Shown: positions 10,104 to 19,129, numbered from the stretch's first letter. The stretch: 32,000 bases of DNA from Promethearchaeum syntrophicum (GCF_008000775.2 NZ_CP042905.2:1650001-1682000), one strand, 5' to 3'. Numbers and translations: made by a program. The notes: a model not told the origin generated them from the letters alone.

Positions 10104-10140
10104 AAAAACTCCTTGAAAAATAATCTATTCTTATTATAAT

Positions 10141-11634
10141 TTGCATTTATTTAAAATAAAAAGGATTAATGGAATAATAGGACATTTGTATATTGAAATA
10201 ACAAAATTGAAAAGTCAAAATGTTTTCTCTGAATTTGATATTATGAGATTAGATAAAGACGCTATGATTGAAAAAATGCAAGAAATTATTAATAAAGTGC
10301 CACCAAAATATTATGCAGATATACTATACGACAAAATCTCATCAATTAATATTCAACAATCTATTTCGGGCGAAAATTTATCTGTAATTCCAAGAATTGA
10401 TGGATTTGTGTTTAGAATTTTTGATGGATCCATATTTCATGAAATTTCTGACTCTAATCTCTTCAATTTAGAAGAGAGAGTATTAAAATTACAATCAAAT
10501 ATTGAATATAATCCAATAATCGAATTTATTTCCTATCCTAAACATTCAATAGATAAAGAATTCTCAATGAAAAATGATTTTACATTAATTTCCTTGGAAG
10601 AGAAACATAAAAAAATCATGGATTTGCATTTATCAATTAGAAAAATAGATCAACATGTAATCAATCCAGTTATTACGTATAAAGATTCTATGCTAGAACG
10701 AATTTTTATAAATAATGAAGGGAGTTTATTACGCCAGAAAATTCCCCGCACTTATTTGGAAATTAAACCAATTGTATCCATAGATAATAAAACTGATTAT
10801 GATACTTGTTCAGTTGGTTCTGAAGGCGGGTTCGAAATATTTGAGCAAATAAATAATGAACTCCTTGAGAAATTAGTTAAATCGTCTATAGAATTAACAA
10901 CAGCACCACACCCTCCCAGTGGAAAAATACCTGTAATTTTGGATCCTACTATTGCTGGAAATATTGCTCATGCTGTGTTCGGTCATAGTTTGCAAGGAGA
11001 TCAAATCCTACGTGGAAGAAGTATTTGGGAAAAATTTTATCTAAAACAAGTGGCATCTGAAATTGTAAATATAAGTGATAGTCCAATAGAAGAAGGGGCG
11101 TATGGTTCATATTTATTTGATGATGAAGGTGTGATGTGTAAGAAAACTCCTCTTATTGAAAAAGGGGTAATCACAAATTATTTACATTCGCGAGTTACTG
11201 CGAGTATACTTAAAATGGAGAATAATCTCTTTGGAAACGGTCGGAGGCAAGATTATTTGCATCCAGTTTATCCGAGGAATTCAAATACATTTGTTGAACC
11301 TGGTGATTATTCAAAAGAAGAGATGATTCATGAAATGGAATATGGTGTTTTAGTTTCACAAAGTGATTTTGGAATGGAAGATCCTATTGGGGGTGGAATT
11401 CAAACAAATTCAAGATCAGGATTTCTCATCGAAAATGGGGAAATTTCTACCAGAGTTAAGAGTATTGCCTTATCTGGCAATGCATTGGATTTATTGATGT
11501 CGATCGATGCAGTTTCAAAGGGTCCGATTTCACGAGTTAGTTTTAATAGCCGGAAAGGTCGTGAAGATATTGTTCCCGTTTCGTTTGGAGGAGTATTCGT
11601 CAGGGCTCAAAATATTTTCATAAGTCCTGGATAA
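10141..11634 (+). CDS. tldD: TldD-family protein (putatively inactive protease); real start may be the ATG at 10243
   Basis: HAVFGHSLQGDQILRG, YPRNSNTFVEPGDYSKEEMI, GFLIENGEISTRVKSIALSGNAL; followed by tldE/pmbA. The track start is a TTG. Confidence 0.8.
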   Translation: MHLFKIKRINGIIGHLYIEITKLKSQNVFSEFDIMRLDKDAMIEKMQEIINKVPPKYYADILYDKISSINIQQSISGENLSVIPRIDGFVFRIFDGSIFHEISDSNLFNLEERVLKLQSNIEYNPIIEFISYPKHSIDKEFSMKNDFTLISLEEKHKKIMDLHLSIRKIDQHVINPVITYKDSMLERIFINNEGSLLRQKIPRTYLEIKPIVSIDNKTDYDTCSVGSEGGFEIFEQINNELLEKLVKSSIELTTAPHPPSGKIPVILDPTIAGNIAHAVFGHSLQGDQILRGRSIWEKFYLKQVASEIVNISDSPIEEGAYGSYLFDDEGVMCKKTPLIEKGVITNYLHSRVTASILKMENNLFGNGRRQDYLHPVYPRNSNTFVEPGDYSKEEMIHEMEYGVLVSQSDFGMEDPIGGGIQTNSRSGFLIENGEISTRVKSIALSGNALDLLMSIDAVSKGPISRVSFNSRKGREDIVPVSFGGVFVRAQNIFISPG

Positions 11635-11648
11635 AATAATGGATAAAG

Positions 11649-13052
11649 GTGCAAAAAATGAGTGAAAAGCTAAAAAACCGAAAAAATTCAATAGAAAGCC
11701 TGGCAGATCTTGTAAAATCTCAAGTATCAAAATCGGGAATTGAGAAATGGGATATTTATATACATAATGGGCAAATTAATTCATTATATTTACGAAAATC
11801 AAAAAGAGATATTAAAGTAGAAACAGAACTTAAAGATTCCAGACATTATTTTTCATATGTTCTCCGATTATTCCAAGATAAACCAGATAATAAAATGGCT
11901 TGTGGGATTGTCTCGCTGAATAGCATTTCCATCAATGAAATTCAAAAAGCAATTAAGAAAGCAAAATCAATTTTAAAAATAAATACTGGTCCAAAATATG
12001 AATTAGTTTCACCTGGTATGAAATATCCCTCACTAAAAACCATTGATAAAGATGTATGGGAAGATCCTGAAGGATTTTTGGTAAAAAAAGGTAAAGAACT
12101 CAAGCAACAGTTAAGAGAAATAATCCCCGCTTCAACTACATTTGGTAAATTTAGAGTGTATAGAAAAGAAAAAATGCTTCTAAATTATCTGGATTTTTCA
12201 AAGATAAAAAAAAGTACTAATTTCTATTATGAATTTTCATTCAAAAGCGTTGATGAAAAAGGAAGAATGGCTGAATATTGGCCCGCAGGATGGTTTAAAA
12301 CCGTAGATCAACTAAAATTTGACGAATTAATCCCAGAATGGGCTACGCTCGCAAAAGATGCTTTAAGAGCTAAAAAACCCTCATCCAATAAATCTATAGA
12401 TATCATTTTACCTCCTCGCTTAGTTAGAATTGCATTCCTTGAAACCATTGGATATTCAGCAACCGGACGTGCATTATATGAAAAAACTTCTCATTTAAAA
12501 GAAGGAGATCAAATTGCAGTAGATGATCTCACTGTTATTGATGATGGATTAAAAGAAGATCTATTATATTCAAGTGAATGGGATTCAGAGGGTAATCCAA
12601 AGCAATCAACGACAATTATTGAGAATGGAATCATGAAGAATTTTATTTTTGATCAAAAATTCGCTCAACTTATTGGTAGAACCTCAACTGGCAATGCTCA
12701 ACGTAACCCATCACGGGGGGGAAATATTAATATTGAGTTAAATAATCTAATTGTAAACCCTGGTTCTATATCACTTAAAGAGCTTGTTGGAAACTCAAAA
12801 AATGCAATGTATGTAAACAAATTTTCATGGTTACACCCAAATCCGATAACGGGAGAATTCGGTGCAACTATCGATAATGCGTATTTAATCGAGAATGGAA
12901 AATTAACACAACCAATAAAAGGTGGAATAATATCAGGGAATGTTTATGATATGATTCAAAATATTGCTGGTATTTCAAAAGAAACGAGAATCGTAATGAA
13001 TTCAAAAGTTCCTTTTATTAAATTTAGAAATATGCATTTAATTGCCAATTAA
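11649..13052 (+). CDS. pmbA: TldE/PmbA family protein
   Basis: IDIILPPRLVRIAFLETIGYSATGRALYE, STGNAQRNPSRGGNINIELNNLIVNPG, NPITGEFGATIDNAYLIENGKLTQPIKGGIISGN. Confidence 0.85.
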   Translation: MQKMSEKLKNRKNSIESLADLVKSQVSKSGIEKWDIYIHNGQINSLYLRKSKRDIKVETELKDSRHYFSYVLRLFQDKPDNKMACGIVSLNSISINEIQKAIKKAKSILKINTGPKYELVSPGMKYPSLKTIDKDVWEDPEGFLVKKGKELKQQLREIIPASTTFGKFRVYRKEKMLLNYLDFSKIKKSTNFYYEFSFKSVDEKGRMAEYWPAGWFKTVDQLKFDELIPEWATLAKDALRAKKPSSNKSIDIILPPRLVRIAFLETIGYSATGRALYEKTSHLKEGDQIAVDDLTVIDDGLKEDLLYSSEWDSEGNPKQSTTIIENGIMKNFIFDQKFAQLIGRTSTGNAQRNPSRGGNINIELNNLIVNPGSISLKELVGNSKNAMYVNKFSWLHPNPITGEFGATIDNAYLIENGKLTQPIKGGIISGNVYDMIQNIAGISKETRIVMNSKVPFIKFRNMHLIAN

Positions 13053-13119
13053 AAATTAATACTTTTTTCAAATAAATTAGATAAAAAAAAATAAAAGGAA
13101 TTATATTTTTTCCAATCTT

Positions 13120-14040
13120 TTAGAAATAAATCATCAATTTTTCCACCGCATCAAGTAATCCTTCTATATCTCCTTTTACCGTTTCAATGTTTGAAGAATT
13201 TTGGATATCAAACCCATAAGTGAAATAAAATCGTTTTTTATTTGAGCTAAATTGTTTCATTTCTACCACTGTAAAATCCGTTTGAAATGAAATTTCTTTC
13301 AAAGTCATGGTTTTTTTAGTAAAGGTTTGAAAAAGGCTATGGGCAACATCGCGTAATTTAATTTGCTCAATTGCAGGTTTAAAATAACTGGCTACTTCTA
13401 TTAAATCTTCAGAGAAGATAATAATAAAATCTAGCATTTGCGTAATTTGATTCTTATTGCAGAAATCATCGAAAAGAATTCCTAAATTATCATACAATGT
13501 AGAATTCCCTAACAAGGGTTTGCTAAATGCATGAATTATGGATAAAGGGTTAAAGATCGTAGTGTGATATAATGCTAATTTCAATGGTGCTGCGATTTCA
13601 ATAAATTTTTGTTTTAAAACCTCAAGCATTTTCATATTTTCCGGATCTTGCTCCATTCCAGGGTCAAATTTGTGGATTAAGATGTGAATTTTCGCATCAG
13701 GGCTGAAATCAGCAATTTTATCCCTAAAATCCTTAAAATAATTTATAGATTTTTCAAATGAACCTTGATCTTGAATATCAATTACGAATAAGGTTTGATC
13801 CACATCAGAGAATACTACTTCTGCTTTTCTGTCTAAGTATTGTTCTCGATATCTTTCTTGCCCTCCTAGATCCCAAATTGATATATCTTTTCCCAATAAT
13901 TTTAGCTTTTGTCTTTCAATACCTTTAGTTGGTTTTAATTTAGTAATTGCGCTAAATTCTTTTTGGAGACTTCGTATTAAACTTGTTTTTCCTGCATTTT
14001 GTATTCCAAATATTGGAATCTTCATTAATTCTTTTGACAT
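13120..14040 (-). CDS. Rag/Gtr-Arf-like small GTPase with C-terminal extension domain
   Basis: G1 GIQNAGKTSLI, switch I PTKG, G3 WDLGGQ, G4 HKFD (Rag-like His). Confidence 0.85.
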   Translation of the reverse strand: MSKELMKIPIFGIQNAGKTSLIRSLQKEFSAITKLKPTKGIERQKLKLLGKDISIWDLGGQERYREQYLDRKAEVVFSDVDQTLFVIDIQDQGSFEKSINYFKDFRDKIADFSPDAKIHILIHKFDPGMEQDPENMKMLEVLKQKFIEIAAPLKLALYHTTIFNPLSIIHAFSKPLLGNSTLYDNLGILFDDFCNKNQITQMLDFIIIFSEDLIEVASYFKPAIEQIKLRDVAHSLFQTFTKKTMTLKEISFQTDFTVVEMKQFSSNKKRFYFTYGFDIQNSSNIETVKGDIEGLLDAVEKLMIYF

Positions 14041-14051
14041 GTAAAAACCTC

Positions 14052-14948
14052 TTAGAAATATTTCATTATTGTTTTAACTTCTTGTAAAACATTGAAGGCT
14101 TCTGCACTTAATGGCGCCGGATCCTGGACAGCTTCAATATCATATCCATATGTGAAATAATATGGATCGCCACCCGCTTCAAATTGAATCATTCTAACTG
14201 AAATTGCGTCAGTATGTAAAGAAATATCAGATAATTCTAGTTTCTTATCATCAAATACATTAAATATTTCAAATGCCACATCACGCATTTGCTGTTGATT
14301 CACGCTTGGATCGAAATAATTTCCAATTTCCATCAAATTCTTTGAAAAAATAATAATAAATTTAGCTTCGGTCCGATTGACAAATTCGTAAAATGCAAAT
14401 TGAAAGTTGTCGTAAAGAGTAGTATTTCCAAACACTGGTTTACTAAAAGCTTGAATGACAGAGATTGGATTGAAAATTGAAGTCTTGGTTACTCTGGCAG
14501 AAAAAGGTTCTGCTAGTTCAGAAAATTTCTTGTTTATTGTTTCATAAAGTTTCATGTTATCTTCCATTTCTTCAAAACCAGGATCGAATTTATTAATTAA
14601 GATATTCATTGATGCCTTTGGTGAATATTCTGCAAGATCTTCTTTAATCTCCTGAAAATAGGTAATAGCTTCAGAGAAAGAATCTTGATCTTGAAAATCT
14701 ATTACATAAAATAATTCTTCTATACCAACAAAATAGTTTTTTGCTTTTTTCTTGTAAGTTTCACGGTATTTTGATTGCCCTCCAAAATCCCAAACTACAA
14801 TTTTTTTTGAAAAACACTCCAAGCTAGTGCGTTCAATTCCTTTCGTCGGTTTTAAATCTGCGAGAGATTTAAATTCTCGTTTAAGTGTGCGTAGTAATGA
14901 TGTTTTTCCGCCGTTAGCGATTCCTAGTATTACAATTTTTTCCGCCAT
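14052..14948 (-). CDS. Rag/Gtr-Arf-like small GTPase with C-terminal extension domain (paralog)
   Basis: G1 GIANGGKTSLL, PTKG, WDFGGQ, G4 NKFD; similar to the neighbouring ORF over its whole length. Confidence 0.85.
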   Translation of the reverse strand: MAEKIVILGIANGGKTSLLRTLKREFKSLADLKPTKGIERTSLECFSKKIVVWDFGGQSKYRETYKKKAKNYFVGIEELFYVIDFQDQDSFSEAITYFQEIKEDLAEYSPKASMNILINKFDPGFEEMEDNMKLYETINKKFSELAEPFSARVTKTSIFNPISVIQAFSKPVFGNTTLYDNFQFAFYEFVNRTEAKFIIIFSKNLMEIGNYFDPSVNQQQMRDVAFEIFNVFDDKKLELSDISLHTDAISVRMIQFEAGGDPYYFTYGYDIEAVQDPAPLSAEAFNVLQEVKTIMKYF

Positions 14949-15257
14949 GTTCCAACCTCTAATTATACTTATACATAGTTTGCTATTTCCTAATAAAATA
15001 TTCTTTTCAAATCGTGAAATTTCGACAAAAAGAAGTTTAGTTAATTCAATTTGAAAAATCTCATAAACACTGATAGTATCGCTAATTATTTTAACGATTT
15101 CTTTGAATTTTCTTGAAATTCCAATTTTAAAACAAGTTGTTTATTCAATTAAAAGAGAAAATTTTCACTCAAATTTGCTGGAATGATCCTATTCGTGATA
15201 TTTTATTAAAAATAAATGGCTAGAAGATATTAATGAATATACTCTTAGTGAATTGAT

Positions 15258-15677
15258 TTAATTTATTTCCAAATAATTTTTTAGTAAATTTTTCCACTCT
15301 TCTAACGTTCCATTTATCTTTTTCAATAGTTCTTCATTAGAAATCGATGAGTAAATATATAAGTATCCCTTATTCGTTTTAATTTGGTTATCAATATCAT
15401 GTTCCTGGCAGCGGATATTAAACTCCGTCAAAGATACTGATTCACGTATTACTAATCCTTTTTCAAGAAGAACTTTCAAATGTTTTTGTATAATACTTCT
15501 TTCAGAATTCGTGTTCTCGACTAAATTTTTAATACAGGAACCTGTTTTCTTTTTTAAGCGTAACGCTAAAAAGCAATCTACTTGTTTATTTGTGAGTTCA
15601 AATATAGCTTTAAGAGTATTAAAGACAAGGGGATTCTCTTCCAGTTCTAATAAAGATGGATTTATTGACACATTCAT
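15258..15677 (-). CDS. Winged-helix transcriptional regulator (TrmB/MarR-like)
   Basis: FNTLKAIFELTNKQVDCFLALRLKKKTGSCIKNLVENTNSERSIIQKHLKVLLEKGLVIRESVS. Confidence 0.65.
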   Translation of the reverse strand: MNVSINPSLLELEENPLVFNTLKAIFELTNKQVDCFLALRLKKKTGSCIKNLVENTNSERSIIQKHLKVLLEKGLVIRESVSLTEFNIRCQEHDIDNQIKTNKGYLYIYSSISNEELLKKINGTLEEWKNLLKNYLEIN

Positions 15678-15734
15678 AGTTATCGCGTTAATTTTATTGT
15701 GAAATTAAAAAAAAAATTAAAAATTATTTATAAT

Positions 15735-16163
15735 TTATTCGATTTTTTTTAAGACTGATTCTATTATTTGTGCGAATTGCGCTTTTGGAGCCATACCAAC
15801 TTGACGGTGCACTAATTTTTTACCTTTAATAAACAGAGTTGTTGGAATTCCTGATACTTGGAATTGTTGTGCAATTGGTTGGTGGTTATCTACATTAAGC
15901 TTTGAGAAAATGACATTTTTTCCTGCTTTTAGGTATTCTTTTTGAAGTGCTTCAAAATGTGGTCCGAAAGCTTTACACGGTCCGCACCATTGTGCCCAAA
16001 AATCTACGATAATAAGGCTATCTCCGTGGTCATTGACTAATTTATTAAAATGATCAACAGATTCAATGTTAATAACATCTTCTGGAAGTGGAACAATATT
16101 TTTGTTTATCATATCAGCCATCTTTTTTTGGCGGATTGCATCAATTTCGTTATCGTTTGACAT
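15735..16163 (-). CDS. trxA: Thioredoxin
   Basis: WAQWCGPCKAFGP active site, KLNVDNHQPIAQQFQVSGIPTTLFI. Confidence 0.92.
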   Translation of the reverse strand: MSNDNEIDAIRQKKMADMINKNIVPLPEDVINIESVDHFNKLVNDHGDSLIIVDFWAQWCGPCKAFGPHFEALQKEYLKAGKNVIFSKLNVDNHQPIAQQFQVSGIPTTLFIKGKKLVHRQVGMAPKAQFAQIIESVLKKIE

Positions 16164-16324
16164 TATAATTCACTTTATTTCATTGGTAGGAAAATTTTAT
16201 TTCTTTGCAAGGTTGTGCAAATTTTTTTCCTCTACATATTCTAAATTTTCGCTACTATTTAAAGGTTGTGCATTTTTTATTACCAAATAAGAAATTTTTT
16301 TTCCTTTCATTAATTAATTAATCT

Positions 16325-16627
16325 ATGAAATTTACAAGCGAAGCATGTAAGTTTATTAAACAAGAATCTTCAACCTTCAAATATGATCCTGTAGTTATGG
16401 TATTTGAACGGGTCTTCCAGGGCTGATGTGGCCAATCCAAGGCGGTAACCGCTTCATTAGTTGACAAAAAAATGCTGGCAAACGATACAGAATTTATTAT
16501 TAAAAATGGCTCAAAATGTCTTGTGCCAATATGGATTGAAAAGAATCTCCAGTATTTAGTTGATAACACTAAAATTGATGTCGCAGGTTGGTCTACCTAT
16601 CGCAGATTAATTGTGATTCCGAATTAA
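16325..16627 (+). CDS. Candidate HesB-like selenoprotein, Sec encoded by in-frame TGA at 16424-16426
   Basis: Continuous frame MKFTSEACKFIKQESSTFKYDPVVMVFERVFQG-U-CGQSKAVTASLVDKKMLANDTEFIIKNGSKCLVPIWIEKNLQYLVDNTKIDVAGWSTYRRLIVIPN* (100 codons). The only interruption is TGA, in a G-U-C-G context at the position of the conserved HesB/IscA Cys. A SECIS-like hairpin lies immediately 3'. Confidence 0.78.
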
Positions 16628-16698
16628 TTCCCATGAGATGAAGCAAATTTACAAACTGAAGAAATTTGCAGATCCCAAAGCCATTGGAGGGGAATTAA
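16624..16698 (+). promoter_or_regulatory. Candidate SECIS element (eukaryote/Lokiarchaeota-type kink-turn core)
   Basis: Outer helix TTAATTCCC(16624-16632)/GGGAATTAA(16690-16698), 9 bp. Core ATGAA(16638-16642) opposite AGAT(16670-16673) can form U.U, G.A, A.G, A.A. Helix II is GCAAATTT(16643-16650)/AAATTTGC(16662-16669), 8 bp. The 11-nt apical loop ACAAACTGAAG holds unpaired AAA. Confidence 0.7.
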
Positions 16699-16749
16699 CC
16701 GAAAATGAATAAATATCATATATAAGAAAAAGAAATTACGTGAAATCGC

Positions 16750-17586
16750 ATGTCAGAAAGAAAAACTTTTGAAAAAGGGTTAGCACTGTATTCAAAAGGA
16801 AAATTTGAAGAAGCCTTGATACACTTTGAATCGTTAACAGATCCCTCCTTTGAAATTATGAAACATTATCACATAGGGTTAGTAAAAATTCAAATGGGGT
16901 TATTGGAAGACGGATTAAAGGAGTATAGAAAAATTCATGAAGTAAATCGGGTGAATCAAGGTGTTGAATATGATAAATTCATGTTTAGCCTATATATTAA
17001 TATGGGTTCAACACTACAGGTATTAGCGAAGAAAAAGGGAAAAGAACTATATAATGAAGCCATTTCCTGCTATAATTATGCTCTTCAAATTGAAGATGAT
17101 GATGCTCGCGTGTGGAACAATTTAGGGAATGCTTATCTTGAAATTGAAAAATATCTCGACGCTATAAAAAGTTTTCGTAAAGCAATAGAGCTAGATGATG
17201 AATATCCTGAAGCTCATTATTCGATTTCGTTAGTTTATGAATCAATGGGCAACTTTGAGAAGGCAATTGAACATTTGGAAACAGCGTTGAAATGGAAAAG
17301 CCAAAATAAAATAATTCTCAATCGATTGGCAGGTTTATGTTTTGGAACAGGAGATTTTAGTAAAGCAAAGCGTTATCTGGCGTTAATTTTAAGCAATGAT
17401 CCTAAAGATCCTGCTTCAAATAAAAATATGGCACTGATTCTATACAACATGGAACAATATGAAGAGGCATACCCATATTACCAAATTTTTCTCGATTCCG
17501 ATCCTGATTTTCAAGATCCCGAAGTTCAAGGGATTTTTGATGATTTAAAAAATAAAGTGAACAAACAAATCAATAATCTCAAATAA
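16750..17586 (+). CDS. TPR repeat protein
   Basis: Repeated TPR signatures, e.g. ARVWNNLGNAYLEIEKYLDAIKSFRKAIELDDEYPEAHYSISLVYESMGNFEKAIEHLETAL. Confidence 0.85.
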   Translation: MSERKTFEKGLALYSKGKFEEALIHFESLTDPSFEIMKHYHIGLVKIQMGLLEDGLKEYRKIHEVNRVNQGVEYDKFMFSLYINMGSTLQVLAKKKGKELYNEAISCYNYALQIEDDDARVWNNLGNAYLEIEKYLDAIKSFRKAIELDDEYPEAHYSISLVYESMGNFEKAIEHLETALKWKSQNKIILNRLAGLCFGTGDFSKAKRYLALILSNDPKDPASNKNMALILYNMEQYEEAYPYYQIFLDSDPDFQDPEVQGIFDDLKNKVNKQINNLK

Positions 17587-17607
17587 TAGGAATTTTAATT
17601 TTACTTA

Positions 17608-18699
17608 ATGGAATTTGATCTTCATGATGAAACTCTGGTAGATAAAAAAATTAAAAAATATCTAAATTCGCGTAAATTTTTTCTACTAAAAAGTCGTAAA
17701 TTCTTCCGAAAACGCGGAAGTGATTTAGCTAATGAAGAAGAAAAATTCCTACGTATCCGAAAAGTGAAAGAATTAGCTTTTGGCTTAAATAATGTTGTGT
17801 ATAATCTAAATGTTGAATTTAAATTAAAAAATAAGATATTTGATAATCGGGATTACATACTTAGGATATATCCTGATAATAATAACATAAAAAAGCCATC
17901 TAACGAAGCGAAAAGAATCAAAGATATTCAAAGCTTAAGGATCCCAAAAGCAAAACTCTATTTTTTTGAAAAAAATCTTAAACATTTGGGTTATCGTTTC
18001 TTAATCTTAGAAAAATTAGAAGGAACCCCAATTTTAGAATCAATAGCAAATTTTTCAGGTACCGAAACTCAAGAATTTTTAGCGGATTTAGCTAGATATC
18101 TGGGAACACTTCACTCAATTAGATCTAAAATGTTTGATTCGTATTACCTTGATGATAAACTTACCCGAAAGATGACGTACGCCTCTTATATACTTAATGA
18201 AGTAAAATTAACCCTCAAAAACTTCTCAGATTTGAAATTAGATTCAGAACTTAGCGTTGATACCAGATATTTATATAAATGGTGTCGTGGTCATAATCCA
18301 TTGTTAAATTTAGAAGAGTATTCACTTACTCATGGAGATATACGCCCTAGCAATATTATTGTAAAAAATCATAAAATAAAAGGTTTGATTGATTGGGAAA
18401 TGAGTTGTTATTCTGACCCAGCTCAAGATATTGGATGGAGTTTATACTTCTTTACACTTTATGAAAATTTAAAGGGTTCTCGGGGTTTTTTCTTTTCAGA
18501 ATATTGGAAAGCGTGTCAAAAATATGACGTAGAAGCAAGAGTTTACTTCTATGAAGTGATTGTTGCCCTTAAATTATACATATATGCTCGATGGACTGAG
18601 ATTAATCAACCAGAGAAATATGAGAAGAATAAAGATTTTTTTTCACGAGTGAAAATTGCAACACCGAAATATATCGAAAGATTGACACACCGCGACTAA
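17608..18699 (+). CDS. APH/choline kinase-like phosphotransferase
   Basis: SLTHGDIRPSNIIVKNHKIKGLIDWEMSCYSDPAQDIGWSLYF (HGDxxxxN and IDWE motifs). Confidence 0.8.
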   Translation: MEFDLHDETLVDKKIKKYLNSRKFFLLKSRKFFRKRGSDLANEEEKFLRIRKVKELAFGLNNVVYNLNVEFKLKNKIFDNRDYILRIYPDNNNIKKPSNEAKRIKDIQSLRIPKAKLYFFEKNLKHLGYRFLILEKLEGTPILESIANFSGTETQEFLADLARYLGTLHSIRSKMFDSYYLDDKLTRKMTYASYILNEVKLTLKNFSDLKLDSELSVDTRYLYKWCRGHNPLLNLEEYSLTHGDIRPSNIIVKNHKIKGLIDWEMSCYSDPAQDIGWSLYFFTLYENLKGSRGFFFSEYWKACQKYDVEARVYFYEVIVALKLYIYARWTEINQPEKYEKNKDFFSRVKIATPKYIERLTHRD

Positions 18700-18716
18700 A
18701 CATACGATGATGAATT

Positions 18717-19127
18717 ATGCCAAAACCTGATTTATCCCAATTTAATTTTAACGAATTGATTGATATTGTAAAAACTATTAGCAGGACCAAAAAAAAATCC
18801 AGTGAAGGTATGTGGAAAAATGGGTATGGTTTACAATCTATGGATAGTTTAGAAGCTAATATAGATGATGTTTTAGATGAGATCATTTATCGTGTTAAAG
18901 AACAGTGGTCAAGATTTGAAATTGAAAGGAATTTTAGCAATTTAGCGTTACCTCATGAAATTCTGAATTTATTTAACATAACAACTGCAGAATTAAATAA
19001 AAAACTCTTCAAAAATCCTCCAACCATTGGAAGCGAGATCTTGGATGGAAAAAAAGATGAAATTTGGTTTAAAATTGGAACTTCTAAATATATAATGCGA
19101 AATAACGGGAATATTGAAATTATATAA
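18717..19127 (+). CDS. Hypothetical protein
   Basis: Complete 136-codon ORF in tight tandem with the upstream kinase; no family recognised. Confidence 0.5.
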   Translation: MPKPDLSQFNFNELIDIVKTISRTKKKSSEGMWKNGYGLQSMDSLEANIDDVLDEIIYRVKEQWSRFEIERNFSNLALPHEILNLFNITTAELNKKLFKNPPTIGSEILDGKKDEIWFKIGTSKYIMRNNGNIEII

Positions 19128-19129
19128 AT

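Noticed and set aside
11530-11730. Minus-strand 66-aa ORF
   Set aside because: Antisense to the tldD/tldE junction.
14827-15054. Plus-strand 75-aa ORF
   Set aside because: Antisense to the GTPase N-terminus.
15511-15702. Plus-strand 63-aa ORF
   Set aside because: Antisense to the winged-helix regulator.
16066-16290. Track ORF on plus strand (74 aa)
   Set aside because: Antisense to the thioredoxin N-terminus and intergenic region; low-complexity Phe-rich translation.
16424-16426. TGA as a simple nonsense mutation (pseudogene)
   Set aside because: Kept as the alternative, but downstream coding is undisturbed for 66 codons, the UGA sits at the functional Cys position next to a Cys, and a SECIS-like hairpin follows immediately.
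16318-16569. Track ORF on the minus strand (83 aa)
   Set aside because: Antisense to the candidate selenoprotein; no family resemblance, whereas the plus frame gives a recognisable HesB-like pattern plus a SECIS-like element.
18602-18886. Minus-strand 94-aa ORF
   Set aside because: Antisense across the kinase/hypothetical junction; both plus-strand genes are better supported.
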